Part shown: piece after piece, positions 31,383 to 41,492 of the stretch
Position numbering within the stretch: the stretch's first letter is position 1
Layout of the letters: each line of letters opens with the position of its first letter
DNA from: Escherichia phage BAU.Micro_ELP-22
Sequence record: OR699282.2
DNA: 64,000 nucleotides
Direction: 5' to 3' (one strand)
Notes under the pieces: generated by a model
Database searches by the model: none
The model's input: the letters and a program-made list of their open reading frames with translations, nothing else
Told to the model about the DNA's origin: nothing
Position numbers and translations under genes: made by a program

Positions 31383-31920
31383 AATTCAGTACACCTACGC
31401 TAATGCCATCCTTATGGGACAAAAGTTAGCTTGTATTGTTGCAGCCTTATATAATGCCCAGAAATATCACAAGCGTCATTTCCACAAATGTATTGGTATT
31501 ATTCCATCGAAGTACAATACATATATTGCGTGCACGAGTCATTTTGATAAACGATTCAATACACCTGATACCCCAAATTCCCGTAGTGTTATTGGTCTTT
31601 TGGATTTCGCCCCTGGTGCTGTTATTGGAAAGAATGATTTAGAGTACGCATGGTATAATAAAAATGCCCCGTTAGTAATGGTAAAATATGATACAGAAAC
31701 GAACAAAACAATAGAGTACAATACATATAAATCAGAGGAAGAATTTTTCCAAGGTTCATTGCTTGTACCAGTGCGTTTGTTGTTTTATAATGTCCTTATT
31801 AGTACAGTACACAATAGTCCATTACACAAGAATCACAAAATTAATTTCAATTTTTGTGCTTATGCGATTGATGGTGTGTATGAGTGTTTAATGGAGGTAT
31901 TGAGTTATGAAGCTGAATAA
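31354..31920 (+). CDS. F2 paralog (188 aa; start uncertain)
   Basis: EEEFFQGSLL core. Confidence 0.6.
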   Translation: MTSKYHTSNEIQYTYANAILMGQKLACIVAALYNAQKYHKRHFHKCIGIIPSKYNTYIACTSHFDKRFNTPDTPNSRSVIGLLDFAPGAVIGKNDLEYAWYNKNAPLVMVKYDTETNKTIEYNTYKSEEEFFQGSLLVPVRLLFYNVLISTVHNSPLHKNHKINFNFCAYAIDGVYECLMEVLSYEAE

Positions 31921-32248
31921 TACATTTGATATTAATAAGTTAAGAGAATGGTTTTATAGTATTGAAATTGAAGCCATCCCGTATCATAGATATGAACAAT
32001 ATAATTTAACCAGTATTGATATCAGTGAGTTGTACGCGTATTATCAAAGTGCATTAGAGATGCATAAGTTATTTTTGAGTACAGATTTTGTTCTAAATTA
32101 CAATTTTGAGGAATTTAAAAATTATAATTTAGTACAGAAATATGTAGTAGCAAAGTACATGTACAATCAAGGAATCAAAGGTTGCATCGAATTCAATACC
32201 GTTCTTGTTTTAGTTGAGGTAATTTTATGCACCGCATGTCTGATTTAG
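31907..32248 (+). CDS. F2-like paralog, divergent (113 aa)
   Basis: ELYAYYQSAL variant core. Confidence 0.5.
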   Translation: MKLNNTFDINKLREWFYSIEIEAIPYHRYEQYNLTSIDISELYAYYQSALEMHKLFLSTDFVLNYNFEEFKNYNLVQKYVVAKYMYNQGIKGCIEFNTVLVLVEVILCTACLI

Positions 32249-32733
32249 AGTTCAGTTTAGATGCAGCATTTAAATTTGTTCACAAAATAGAAACAATATA
32301 CAGTACATTATGTGCAATAACATCAGTATCAAAAGAGCTTGATGTTGGTGAAAGGTATCAGGTGTGGAATAATTCATTTTTTAATAAAGAACATTCTTCG
32401 ACGGCATTTTATATTTTAGCATTTAATCCCAGCAATTGTTACCCAGAGAAGCATGAACGTTATCCGAATGACGACATGTGGTTTGAGTACAAAGAAGATT
32501 CTGATATGTCGTCAATTGTAGTTCCTGATGATTTTAATGCACAAGATTTAACAGAAGAGTGGTGGTTCCAGCAGAATTTAGTACATGATGATATTGATTT
32601 ATTTTTCTATATTGCATTTAAAATGCTTTATCACAACAATATAGTTAAAGAAAGTGTATCGTTTTCATGTCTATATATTGATGATTTGTACAATGAAATT
32701 CAAATAAACATGCCCAGAACGCCTGTATCGTAA
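32227..32733 (+). CDS. F2 paralog (168 aa)
   Basis: EEWWFQQNLVHD core. Confidence 0.6.
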   Translation: MHRMSDLEFSLDAAFKFVHKIETIYSTLCAITSVSKELDVGERYQVWNNSFFNKEHSSTAFYILAFNPSNCYPEKHERYPNDDMWFEYKEDSDMSSIVVPDDFNAQDLTEEWWFQQNLVHDDIDLFFYIAFKMLYHNNIVKESVSFSCLYIDDLYNEIQINMPRTPVS

Positions 32734-32815
32734 GATATGGGCTTTTTTCGTTTTGGTATTGACATAGAAGACCAAAGCTGTTATCATGTGTATTCATTTT
32801 AAAGGAGAACATATA

Positions 32816-33328
32816 GTGAGTTTCATAATCCCAAGTACATACGAAGATGCATCAAGTGCAGTTCATAAGATTCATTATATTTTTAATTTAATTATTAGAT
32901 CTGCAAAAATTAAAATGTATGCACCTCTTGTGACAAATAATCGAAATGAAGAAATTTTTATTAGCACAGACAAAATTATTTTTCCATATTTCAATGAAGA
33001 TAGATTGTGGTTCATACATTTAGCTGCATTACAAAAATATAAGATGTCAATTCGTAATAATTTGGTTATACCGTTATATCATCCCGATATTGGAGAGGAT
33101 GAGTATTTTCAGTACAGCACAGTACACCGCCATGAAGATATCTTTGCTGCTATGCTTATTGCTAAATTGAACACCGTTGATTTGGAGCAGTACAAATACA
33201 ATAATAAATCATGTAAGATCATAATCCCTGCATTCATAGCTCTTTATGATTATGTGGTGCATAACAAAAAAGATGATACATATGCTTTCAATGAAGAGTA
33301 TTTGAATTTTTTTAAGGAGAAAATATGA
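32816..33328 (+). CDS. F2 paralog (about 170 aa; GTG start favoured)
   Basis: GTG 32816 has strong SD AAGGAG at 8 nt; alternative ATG 32786 lacks SD; EDEYFQYSTVH core. Confidence 0.55.
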   Translation: MSFIIPSTYEDASSAVHKIHYIFNLIIRSAKIKMYAPLVTNNRNEEIFISTDKIIFPYFNEDRLWFIHLAALQKYKMSIRNNLVIPLYHPDIGEDEYFQYSTVHRHEDIFAAMLIAKLNTVDLEQYKYNNKSCKIIIPAFIALYDYVVHNKKDDTYAFNEEYLNFFKEKI

Positions 33329-33864
33329 GCAGTACAACAGTATCAAAAGTACAGAAAGCAATGTCATTCAATGAAATTGGTACATTTAAAGATAAGATCA
33401 TTGATTGCCTTGAATACATGATTTGTAGTAATATCGAAAGTATCGAGATATTTAACAAGACAAATCGCTCTTACCATATGATGTACATTGCAAACAATAA
33501 TGGTATCATTCCATTTATTTCGGATAGTACAATATGGTACGCATGTGATACGAAAAAATACACAGCAGGTTCGTATAGCTTAGGGTCACATACGGAATTG
33601 ATTATTCCTGAGCATTGTATGCAAGAAGAAGAATATTTTCAAATGCAATGTATACATTCACCATTAGTGTTGTTTAGTTTATATATTATACCTTATATCA
33701 CCAAATGTGTTCATGAGAATAAAGCTCCGTGGAATCATGAATTTGTATCGTTGAAGTTATTGTATAATGTATTAGTAGAATATTATGATTACAGGCACAA
33801 TGGTACAATCAGTGATGTATGGGAATTTGAATCGCTAAGGGTGAAAACATACACAGGTGAATGA
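33325..33864 (+). CDS. F2 paralog (179 aa)
   Basis: ATGA overlap; EEEYFQMQCIH core. Confidence 0.6.
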   Translation: MSSTTVSKVQKAMSFNEIGTFKDKIIDCLEYMICSNIESIEIFNKTNRSYHMMYIANNNGIIPFISDSTIWYACDTKKYTAGSYSLGSHTELIIPEHCMQEEEYFQMQCIHSPLVLFSLYIIPYITKCVHENKAPWNHEFVSLKLLYNVLVEYYDYRHNGTISDVWEFESLRVKTYTGE

Positions 33865-34480
33865 TATGACCAGAATTAAAATGTATGATTTGATGCAGTA
33901 CAGTAAAATTGCCATTCCAGTGCTTAATAAAGTGCTGGATGCATTCATTGCCAAATACCCTGAGAATTCAGTGTTATGTATTCCATTTAGTGTTCCAGAT
34001 AAAGATGATATATTCCAAGTGAATGTCAGTACACGTGGTATTACATTACAGCAGAAATACATGGATACGGAATATTATGGAATAAAGTTGGATTCAGTAC
34101 AGGGTTCAAAATCAGCCTATGATTTTTTTGTTCCTAATAATATAGAGTCATGGGAAACAAACATTTCAAAGAAAGATGAAAATGATGTTCCTATTAGTGG
34201 TGTGTTCAACAATAAAGTTTTTTATTATTACGAAACCGACAAATTCCCTGAAGAGTTATATTACAATTCAGAAATGAATGAAGATGTAGATGCATTCATG
34301 TTTCAATTATCTTTAGTACATGATATCATTGATGTTCAAGAGTTAAGAGCAGAAATCAATTTAGCTAAAGAGTTATCGGACATGCTGCCACCGTTTAGTA
34401 TGCTTTTTTGTGAAGGTGGTTATTTTTCAAAAGAAGTGTTTGAACATTTCGTAGATGTTGTAAAAGGGTTGGATATATAG
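33857..34480 (+). CDS. F2 paralog (207 aa)
   Basis: DAFMFQLSLVHD core. Confidence 0.6.
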   Translation: MNDMTRIKMYDLMQYSKIAIPVLNKVLDAFIAKYPENSVLCIPFSVPDKDDIFQVNVSTRGITLQQKYMDTEYYGIKLDSVQGSKSAYDFFVPNNIESWETNISKKDENDVPISGVFNNKVFYYYETDKFPEELYYNSEMNEDVDAFMFQLSLVHDIIDVQELRAEINLAKELSDMLPPFSMLFCEGGYFSKEVFEHFVDVVKGLDI

Positions 34481-34481
34481 T

Positions 34482-34676
34482 ATGCTTACAGTTGATGTTA
34501 AACAAAAATACCGTAAGTTTGATTGGTTCACCGACAGTTTCCAGCTTGAATTATTACATTTGAATATCTGTGAAACATTATGTGCAGAAACACAAGATGA
34601 ATTTGATGATAGAGTGATGAACATAGTAATGCTTTCTTGCTTTAAACATTTTGGTTATTTTTTCGGACAGAATTGA
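34482..34676 (+). CDS. hypothetical protein (64 aa)
   Basis: ORF between family members; no core recognised. Confidence 0.45.
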   Translation: MLTVDVKQKYRKFDWFTDSFQLELLHLNICETLCAETQDEFDDRVMNIVMLSCFKHFGYFFGQN

Positions 34677-34684
34677 GGTAAAAA

Positions 34685-35203
34685 ATGCATCAACACAAGC
34701 ATCATTCATATGATTTTGCAATTAACATTATGAAGTTCATTCGAGCGTTGGAGGATGGGAAGCTTAGTCATAAGTACAGAAAAGAGGGTAACAATTGGTT
34801 CAGAAATGATGATGATGAGTTCAGAAGTCATAAGATTGTTTACAGCAATAATTACAGTGCCAATTACCTACAAGATGTAGTGATGTGTTTTGAATACGTG
34901 TTGCAGTTCAGGGGTTCAATCCAGGATGAGTTGATGGAGCACATGTACATCAGATACCTTCCAATGCTCAAAGATGAAAATGTATTATTAAATTCAATAT
35001 ACCAACGAGTTCGTGAAATTGAGTGCAGGGATATATTAGATACAGAAGAATCGTATTTCCAGCAATCCCTGATTTATGCACCTGATTTATTACAGGTACA
35101 TAATTTGTTTAATACATTACGTCAAAACATCAGTACAGACATATTTTTGTCATTATCGGATTATGATACATTTGTCAAAGATTTAGAGGAAATAGGTTTA
35201 TGA
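34685..35203 (+). CDS. F2 paralog (172 aa)
   Basis: EESYFQQSLIY core. Confidence 0.6.
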   Translation: MHQHKHHSYDFAINIMKFIRALEDGKLSHKYRKEGNNWFRNDDDEFRSHKIVYSNNYSANYLQDVVMCFEYVLQFRGSIQDELMEHMYIRYLPMLKDENVLLNSIYQRVREIECRDILDTEESYFQQSLIYAPDLLQVHNLFNTLRQNISTDIFLSLSDYDTFVKDLEEIGL

Positions 35204-35544
35204 GTCAATTTTCGGTTTATATAGTAAACGTCAGTAAAGATGGTAGTTTAATTGAATTTGATGTAGTTGATAACAATGATAATTCATATGGTATTAAGGT
35301 ACAGGACAATGATGTACAGTTCAGTACAAGGACAAATTTTGAGAATCCAGTCCAAGTTCCGAATTTCATAGAAGATGAAGCTGCACGATTCCAATACGAA
35401 ACGGCATATGACAATGTACATATGCATATTATTATGCAAACGAGTTTAGTTCAATTAGTTCCTTTGTTCAGACAAAATATATATGTACATGAAGTGTCGA
35501 TTAATGGCATTCAAAGTTCCGTTTTGTTCGGTACAAATATGTAA
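35200..35544 (+). CDS. F2 paralog, divergent (114 aa)
   Basis: ATGA overlap; ARFQYETAYD core variant. Confidence 0.55.
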   Translation: MSQFSVYIVNVSKDGSLIEFDVVDNNDNSYGIKVQDNDVQFSTRTNFENPVQVPNFIEDEAARFQYETAYDNVHMHIIMQTSLVQLVPLFRQNIYVHEVSINGIQSSVLFGTNM

Positions 35545-35554
35545 GGAAAGTACA

Positions 35555-36106
35555 ATGAGTTCAATGAGTTTATTAGATACATTAGAAAAAGACAGAAGTG
35601 CAATTAAGCGTTTAAAAGAGCAAGTACAAAAGATTGTATACAACGTTGATAAGTTTGAAGTCCCAGGAAGATTTGGTGATATTTCCCATACGGAGATCAA
35701 ATCCCTTAAGTCAGATTTGTTGATTAAAAATAAAAATGGGTTGATTTTAGTTTTGAGTTCAGATATGATGGGGGCAACACATAGTTATAATGCAGTATCG
35801 GTGCGTTCAGAGTGTGAAGGTATATATCTATCACAGGGTTTCAATAGCGAGACACAGGTTTGTTTTTGTGATGCAGTACATGACCCTATGAAGTTCACGA
35901 GAAGTGAAGCCCAAGCGTTATTAGAGCTATCAGACGAGAGTTTGTTTCAGTACAGTACAATGTATGACAATGATAAGCTTCGTTGTATGTACGCTGTAAA
36001 GCATTATACACAGGAGTTTTCTGGATTTGCATACCTTTTAGTTAGAACCAATACCAGATATATTGATATGTTAGAAGATTACATCGATAAAGTTGTTAAT
36101 GTATGA
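35555..36106 (+). CDS. F2 paralog (183 aa)
   Basis: Track ORF 35483 trimmed to ATG 35555 (SD AAGGAAAG); DESLFQYSTMYD core. Confidence 0.6.
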   Translation: MSSMSLLDTLEKDRSAIKRLKEQVQKIVYNVDKFEVPGRFGDISHTEIKSLKSDLLIKNKNGLILVLSSDMMGATHSYNAVSVRSECEGIYLSQGFNSETQVCFCDAVHDPMKFTRSEAQALLELSDESLFQYSTMYDNDKLRCMYAVKHYTQEFSGFAYLLVRTNTRYIDMLEDYIDKVVNV

Positions 36107-36296
36107 TGTATTATTATGGGATGGGATAATGCTGATGAAAGAGTTATTTGAAGATCAGTTCAATACATATGTGGATAATATTCTTTATTCCAGCCGTGCT
36201 AGTCAACGAGGAAATCGTGCTTACAATATAGATTACCTATTAGTGGTGCTGAGTTCACAGTACACCTACGCTGTACAGAGGACATATTATGAATAA
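36093..36296 (+). CDS. hypothetical protein (67 aa)
   Basis: Small overlapping ORF, no core. Confidence 0.4.
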   Translation: MLMYDVLLWDGIMLMKELFEDQFNTYVDNILYSSRASQRGNRAYNIDYLLVVLSSQYTYAVQRTYYE

Positions 36297-36492
36297 TTTT
36301 AGAGATGTTGCTAAGGAGAAGTTCAAGTGCAGTTTAGATTACGGTTTAAATGATTTTCTTACATGCACAATGTACAGGAATGATGATTATGAGCAATCCG
36401 TAATTTCGTTGCACAGATATTTCGAAATAATTTACGCAAGATATCTTAGAAGGTTAGATGGGATAGGGGATTGGAATTATGATTACGTTTGA
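36289..36492 (+). CDS. hypothetical protein (67 aa)
   Basis: Small overlapping ORF, no core. Confidence 0.4.
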   Translation: MNNFRDVAKEKFKCSLDYGLNDFLTCTMYRNDDYEQSVISLHRYFEIIYARYLRRLDGIGDWNYDYV

Positions 36493-36688
36493 AGAGCCGG
36501 AAGTGTTAAGTTCGCATAGTATTAAGGGTTTTGAATACATGATGGATTTGATTTTGAAGGATACATATTTGGTTCAGAGTGTAGATAATACGGTACACCG
36601 AGTATTGAATTTATACGAGATGACGAGTCGAAGGCTTTGTGCGATGAAAAGGATTGAAGAAATCAAGCTTTCTAGGCTGAATAAATAG
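36479..36688 (+). CDS. hypothetical protein (69 aa)
   Basis: Small overlapping ORF, no core. Confidence 0.4.
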   Translation: MITFEEPEVLSSHSIKGFEYMMDLILKDTYLVQSVDNTVHRVLNLYEMTSRRLCAMKRIEEIKLSRLNK

Positions 36689-36884
36689 AGACGTTTCATT
36701 TTTACAGGCCGCAGGGGGTCAAAAAAATTTCCGCTGAAAAACATGCTAAGGTATATGTTTAATATAAAGTTTTATATTGTGTTTTTCAGAGTACAGTCCA
36801 TGTTTCCTGAAACAAAAAATACCCCGCCCCCGCAACGTGCTCCTTATATTGGAGTTTACCTTATTAATTATAGTAGAGATTAAG

Positions 36885-37262
36885 ATGGAAATAAAATATA
36901 ATGAATTTTGTGCAAGGACATGGATGTACACTGGTGAGTTAGTTACGCACTCTAACTTATACAAGGGTGATTTAAACTACGCTAGGGACAAGATTTTAAA
37001 GTACTGGAATGCTGACTTTTATTTGATGGATTTTAGTACTGGGTTTCATGGGATATCTATCGAGATGCCGGACTATACAGTACTTGATGATGCTGCACTG
37101 TTCCAGGAGGCATTAGTATTTGATAAGAAGTACATCTGTACATTAGAAGAGATGATTGAATTACAGCGTAGAATTAAATGTATTCACAGGGAATGTATAG
37201 ATATCTGGTGCAGTACTGGTGAGGCCGATTTCTGGAAATTTTTTAATCTAGGAGAAGAGTGA
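36885..37262 (+). CDS. F2 paralog, subfamily ELFQESLVFDKKY (125 aa)
   Basis: Track ORF 36777 trimmed to ATG 36885; MPDYTVLDDAALFQEALVFDKKYICTLEE. Confidence 0.6.
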   Translation: MEIKYNEFCARTWMYTGELVTHSNLYKGDLNYARDKILKYWNADFYLMDFSTGFHGISIEMPDYTVLDDAALFQEALVFDKKYICTLEEMIELQRRIKCIHRECIDIWCSTGEADFWKFFNLGEE

Positions 37263-37618
37263 TGGAATTTGATTTTTTAATATCAGTACATACTTTCAAG
37301 CACAGTTATCAGTACTTTTGTAATTTAAACAAAGGTGATTTAATGCACAGTGCGAATGAGTATGTTCATTACACTCAGGGTAAATTTACATTCATTGATT
37401 ACAGTTCATTACAGTATCCACACCAAGATATGCCGGACTATACATTAATGGATACCGCAGAACTATTCCAAGAATCATTAGTATTTGATAAGAAGTACTT
37501 GTGTACATTTGAAGAAGTTATTGCAATACAAAATGAAATGAAAGAGTATGCTGCTTTGCATAAACCCAATGCAAGTATTAATCAAGAATACAAATTCAAT
37601 TTAGGAATTCAAGAATGA
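37259..37618 (+). CDS. F2 paralog, same subfamily (119 aa)
   Basis: ATGA overlap; MPDYTLMDTAELFQESLVFDKKYLCTFEE. Confidence 0.65.
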   Translation: MMEFDFLISVHTFKHSYQYFCNLNKGDLMHSANEYVHYTQGKFTFIDYSSLQYPHQDMPDYTLMDTAELFQESLVFDKKYLCTFEEVIAIQNEMKEYAALHKPNASINQEYKFNLGIQE

Positions 37619-37974
37619 CATATGATTATTCTATGTACTATTATAAGTTACCTAAAGGATGGGACTTGTGCTGTAATCTTATTAAGGGCGACTCGGAACA
37701 TGAGTTGAGTTTATATATGCATTACAAAGATTCTTGTTTTAAATTTATTCATGTATCACATGACGACTATGACTATGAATCTGAGAGTCTTATAGATTAT
37801 ACAGTACTGGACGATGGCGAACTATTTCAGGCTGCATTAGTGTTTGATAAGAATAAGTACTCCTGTACATTTGAAGAAATGGTTTCTTTGCAAAATGAAA
37901 TGAAGAGATTTGAAAAAGAAAACGTATTTAATCCATCCCCATCAAGAACGAATAATTATTATTTCAATATATGA
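37615..37974 (+). CDS. F2 paralog, same subfamily (119 aa)
   Basis: ATGA overlap; IDYTVLDDGELFQAALVFDKNKYSCTFEE. Confidence 0.65.
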   Translation: MTYDYSMYYYKLPKGWDLCCNLIKGDSEHELSLYMHYKDSCFKFIHVSHDDYDYESESLIDYTVLDDGELFQAALVFDKNKYSCTFEEMVSLQNEMKRFEKENVFNPSPSRTNNYYFNI

Positions 37975-37983
37975 GATTATAAA

Positions 37984-38475
37984 ATGACATTACAGAGTTC
38001 ATTGGAAAAAGCAAAGAAGATTCATGAGTACATGAATATGGCAAAAGAAGGTTCAGTTTACGGTGTTTTCAAAGACACAAGTACTCAATATTATGTACCG
38101 GATAACCTCCTTTATAATGACTGCTCAGATACAGAAACGTGCGTACTGGATACAGAAACGTGCATACTAGATACCGACCCTAATGATTATGAATGCTTCA
38201 TTAATATGCATAATGAGTACATGGTCTATATTAATGATACAGATACCATCAACAGTACTGACAGCGATTCCAATGACATTATAATTCCGAGTGAAGTACT
38301 GGAAGGTCCGTGGGATAGTGAAGAGTATTACTTCCAACAAAGTACTGTATATGATAATGAAGTACTTGATGTTATTATAATTATGTGGTACTTTAAAAGT
38401 ATTGGTTCTGGGAACTTCTATTTCGATTACAAATACGTAAAGAAAACTGTAGATAACGGTATTAACAGGGGTTGA
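37984..38475 (+). CDS. F2 paralog, subfamily MSLESALK (163 aa)
   Basis: EEYYFQQSTVYDNEVLDVIIIMWYFKSIG; very close to 39387..39878. Confidence 0.65.
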   Translation: MTLQSSLEKAKKIHEYMNMAKEGSVYGVFKDTSTQYYVPDNLLYNDCSDTETCVLDTETCILDTDPNDYECFINMHNEYMVYINDTDTINSTDSDSNDIIIPSEVLEGPWDSEEYYFQQSTVYDNEVLDVIIIMWYFKSIGSGNFYFDYKYVKKTVDNGINRG

Positions 38476-38476
38476 A

Positions 38477-38947
38477 ATGAGTTTAGAAAGAGCATTAGAG
38501 ATTGCGAAGTTAATTGATTTATGCAGCAAAGAAATTGTAGCAAATTGTCTTAATGGATATCTATTCAAGGAAGGTAAATCTTATTGTCGAATGAGATACG
38601 ATGACAGTAGTGAGTACATTCACATGTATGAAGAAAACTTAGATTCTTCTGAAACAACACTCAATGGGTGTGATGTTAATTTGGAAGATAATTACATGTA
38701 CTTCTGTCGTGATGCTGATATTTTAATACAAGATTCTGACATTATATCTGGTGCAGCAGAGAAACATCTTCCGTATTCAGTACTGGATAATGACTGGGGA
38801 AGTGAAGAGTTCTACTTCCAGCAGAATACTATCTACGAGGAATATGTGCTTGACAAGCTTGTCATTCTGTGGTACTTTAATAATACCGATTGTCCTAGCT
38901 TCTATCTGGACTTGGATCTACTACGAGTTATTAAAGAGGATATATGA
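38477..38947 (+). CDS. F2 paralog, same subfamily (156 aa)
   Basis: EEFYFQQNTIYEEYVLDKLVILWYF. Confidence 0.65.
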   Translation: MSLERALEIAKLIDLCSKEIVANCLNGYLFKEGKSYCRMRYDDSSEYIHMYEENLDSSETTLNGCDVNLEDNYMYFCRDADILIQDSDIISGAAEKHLPYSVLDNDWGSEEFYFQQNTIYEEYVLDKLVILWYFNNTDCPSFYLDLDLLRVIKEDI

Positions 38948-39384
38948 GTTTAGCAAGTGCACTTAAACTGGCACACAAAATACATCACTTCCACGATAAC
39001 ATAAAAAGTGGTTTCTATGGTGATAAAGTAAGTGCATTTGGTAATGAGTATTATCTATCAGGTATAAAGACATACTCTGATGATATTTTACTTATGGGCC
39101 ATGATAAAGACAATACTATACAGTACTCTTCATGTAGTCAATATACTAGTTTCTTTGTATATATTCCAGGTACTAAGATTACTTTTGACACATCAAATAC
39201 ACCTGTTGACTTCGGGGTACTTGATGGGCCGTGGGGTACTGAAGAGTATTACTTCCAACAGAGTCTTATTTTTAACCAAGAAATGCTTGATTCCTTGGTT
39301 GTTTTGTGGTACTTTAAGGAATTGAATTTTGAACCCTTCTTCCTTGACTGGGGAGCATGTGAATATTTAAGTACAGGGGATTAG
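38944..39384 (+). CDS. F2 paralog, same subfamily (146 aa)
   Basis: ATGA overlap; EEYYFQQSLIFNQEMLDSLVVLWYF. Confidence 0.65.
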   Translation: MSLASALKLAHKIHHFHDNIKSGFYGDKVSAFGNEYYLSGIKTYSDDILLMGHDKDNTIQYSSCSQYTSFFVYIPGTKITFDTSNTPVDFGVLDGPWGTEEYYFQQSLIFNQEMLDSLVVLWYFKELNFEPFFLDWGACEYLSTGD

Positions 39385-39386
39385 TA

Positions 39387-39878
39387 ATGTCATTAGAAAG
39401 TGCATTGAAAGAAGCAAAGAAGATTCATGAGTACATGATTATGGTACAAGAAGGTTCAGTGCCTGGTGTGTATAAAACATCTGATACTGAATTTTTTGTA
39501 AAAGACCGCGACGATTATGATGAGTCAGAGATACATGCAGAAACGTTAGTACTACACACTGATACGGGTGATACTGATGACTGTGAATATCATATGTACA
39601 ATCAGTACATTAGTTATTGTAGAGATGAAGATATTATAATTTACAGCCCTGATTACGATGATTATGACACAATCATTCCGTATTCAGTACTAGAAGGTCC
39701 GTGGGATAGTGAAGAATATTACTTCCAGAATAGTACGTTGTACAATGAAGAAGAATTAGATGTTATTGTAATTATGTGGTACTTTAAAAGTATTGGTTCT
39801 GATAGTTTCTATTTCGATTATGAATACGTAGAGAATACTGTAGGGGAAGATAATGTCATTACAAAGTGCTCTGGATAA
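39387..39878 (+). CDS. F2 paralog, same subfamily (163 aa)
   Basis: EEYYFQNSTLYNEEELDVIVIMWYFKSIG. Confidence 0.65.
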   Translation: MSLESALKEAKKIHEYMIMVQEGSVPGVYKTSDTEFFVKDRDDYDESEIHAETLVLHTDTGDTDDCEYHMYNQYISYCRDEDIIIYSPDYDDYDTIIPYSVLEGPWDSEEYYFQNSTLYNEEELDVIVIMWYFKSIGSDSFYFDYEYVENTVGEDNVITKCSG

Positions 39879-40296
39879 AGCAAAAGAACTACAGGTATAT
39901 ATTGAAGATATCAAGGCTGGGAAGTTCGAAGAAGTATACAAAGCCGAGAATGGTAACTACTACAAGGATAGTGATTTTGCTACAACTACAGTTATTCTTG
40001 GGTTGAATTCCAAAAGTCCCGCAGATTTTTCACAATACAATCCAGATGCAGAATTTATCAGTTATGCTTATGGTGGTGAAATCCGTTTTTATAATCGCAG
40101 CAGACCTTTAAAATTGAACTTTGAAGTACTGAAAGGTCCGTGGGATAGTGAAGAGTATTACTTTCAGAATAGTACTTTGTATGATGATGAAGTACTAGAT
40201 ACTTTAGTTATTATGTGGTACTTTAAAAGTATTGATAGTACAAGGTTTTATTTGGATTATGAATATGTACGTGCCGAACATAAGGGTAAACGATGA
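39853..40296 (+). CDS. F2 paralog, same subfamily (147 aa)
   Basis: EEYYFQNSTLYDDEVLDTLVIMWYFKSID. Confidence 0.65.
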   Translation: MSLQSALDKAKELQVYIEDIKAGKFEEVYKAENGNYYKDSDFATTTVILGLNSKSPADFSQYNPDAEFISYAYGGEIRFYNRSRPLKLNFEVLKGPWDSEEYYFQNSTLYDDEVLDTLVIMWYFKSIDSTRFYLDYEYVRAEHKGKR

Positions 40297-40607
40297 AATT
40301 ATTATACAGTATTCAGTACATTCCAGGTACAATTAGTTTAATGTATTTCTTCGATCATGATAATTTCCAGCACCTTGCCGTTAGAAGATGTAATGAATCT
40401 TTAATGATTGAATATCTTCACGATTGTGATTATCTTCCTGACTTCCTTGAATGTGATTACAGAGATGATCATGAATCATTTATTTTTCAGGAATCACTTG
40501 TATGGGATAAGAGAATTAATTTTTATGCTTTACTTGAGATACAAAAACATGTGAAGTACTACTGGGATTACTTAATTACCCAAAAATATATAGAGATTGA
40601 AATATAA
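40293..40607 (+). CDS. F2 paralog (104 aa)
   Basis: ATGA overlap; HESFIFQESLVWD core. Confidence 0.6.
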   Translation: MKLLYSIQYIPGTISLMYFFDHDNFQHLAVRRCNESLMIEYLHDCDYLPDFLECDYRDDHESFIFQESLVWDKRINFYALLEIQKHVKYYWDYLITQKYIEIEI

Positions 40608-41080
40608 TGTACGAAAGTGATCTTAAGCACGCTGAGGAATTAGTTAATATAGTAAAGTTCTTTCAAAATAATGTAAAGTACTTAGACGACAAAGGGGCAT
40701 ATATTAGTACTATAAGTGTTGGTACAGATATTCTAGGATTAGGTAATGAATATAAGTACGAGTCCCATGATTATGATTTGGAATTCAAGTACTTCGAATG
40801 GAATCCTGGAACTTTCTATTCAATCGATGAAAGTGGGAAATATTTTGAATTCACCGAAGAAGACGTACTATTCTTAAATTCAGAAGATGCTTACTTCCAG
40901 TACAGTACTATATACCCAAATAGTGCATTAAGATCTTTAGTAGTTTTTAATGCATTTCTGAAAGAGAACTTTAATAATTCTATATTCATTGATTTAAATT
41001 ATGTATATGAACTAAATCAGGTGATATATATGGAGTCCAGAAAAAATGAGTTACGAAAGTGCAATCAAGAAAGCAAATGA
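40607..41080 (+). CDS. F2 paralog (157 aa)
   Basis: EDAYFQYSTIY core. Confidence 0.6.
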   Translation: MYESDLKHAEELVNIVKFFQNNVKYLDDKGAYISTISVGTDILGLGNEYKYESHDYDLEFKYFEWNPGTFYSIDESGKYFEFTEEDVLFLNSEDAYFQYSTIYPNSALRSLVVFNAFLKENFNNSIFIDLNYVYELNQVIYMESRKNELRKCNQESK

Positions 41081-41492
41081 TATTCTAAAAGTTGTTAAGT
41101 TCTTCAAAGAAAATCCTGAATACGTAGATGATGAACGAAGAGAAGTTTCTAATGGCACGAAGATTACAATTGATTCTTTATTTGATACTAGCAACAACAA
41201 CTGTAGTACTATTGAATTAGCATACGATTATATTTCATTGAACAGAAAATATGATGAAGTTACGATAGAGCGTCATGAGAATGAAGAATCTTTTAAAATT
41301 TCTGATATTTTATCTCTGAGTACAGAAGAAGGGTACTTCCAGGGAAGTACTGTTTATAATGAAGGAACACTAGACAATCTATGTACATTTAGTGTACTAT
41401 ATCAGAAGTCAGTACTGGATATATTTTATCTAGACACTGAAAAACTTGATAGGTTAGTTGATTTCGTTACTATAGAAGAGGCATCCGTTTGA
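41046..41492 (+). CDS. F2 paralog (148 aa)
   Basis: EEGYFQGSTVY core. Confidence 0.6.
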   Translation: MSYESAIKKANDILKVVKFFKENPEYVDDERREVSNGTKITIDSLFDTSNNNCSTIELAYDYISLNRKYDEVTIERHENEESFKISDILSLSTEEGYFQGSTVYNEGTLDNLCTFSVLYQKSVLDIFYLDTEKLDRLVDFVTIEEASV

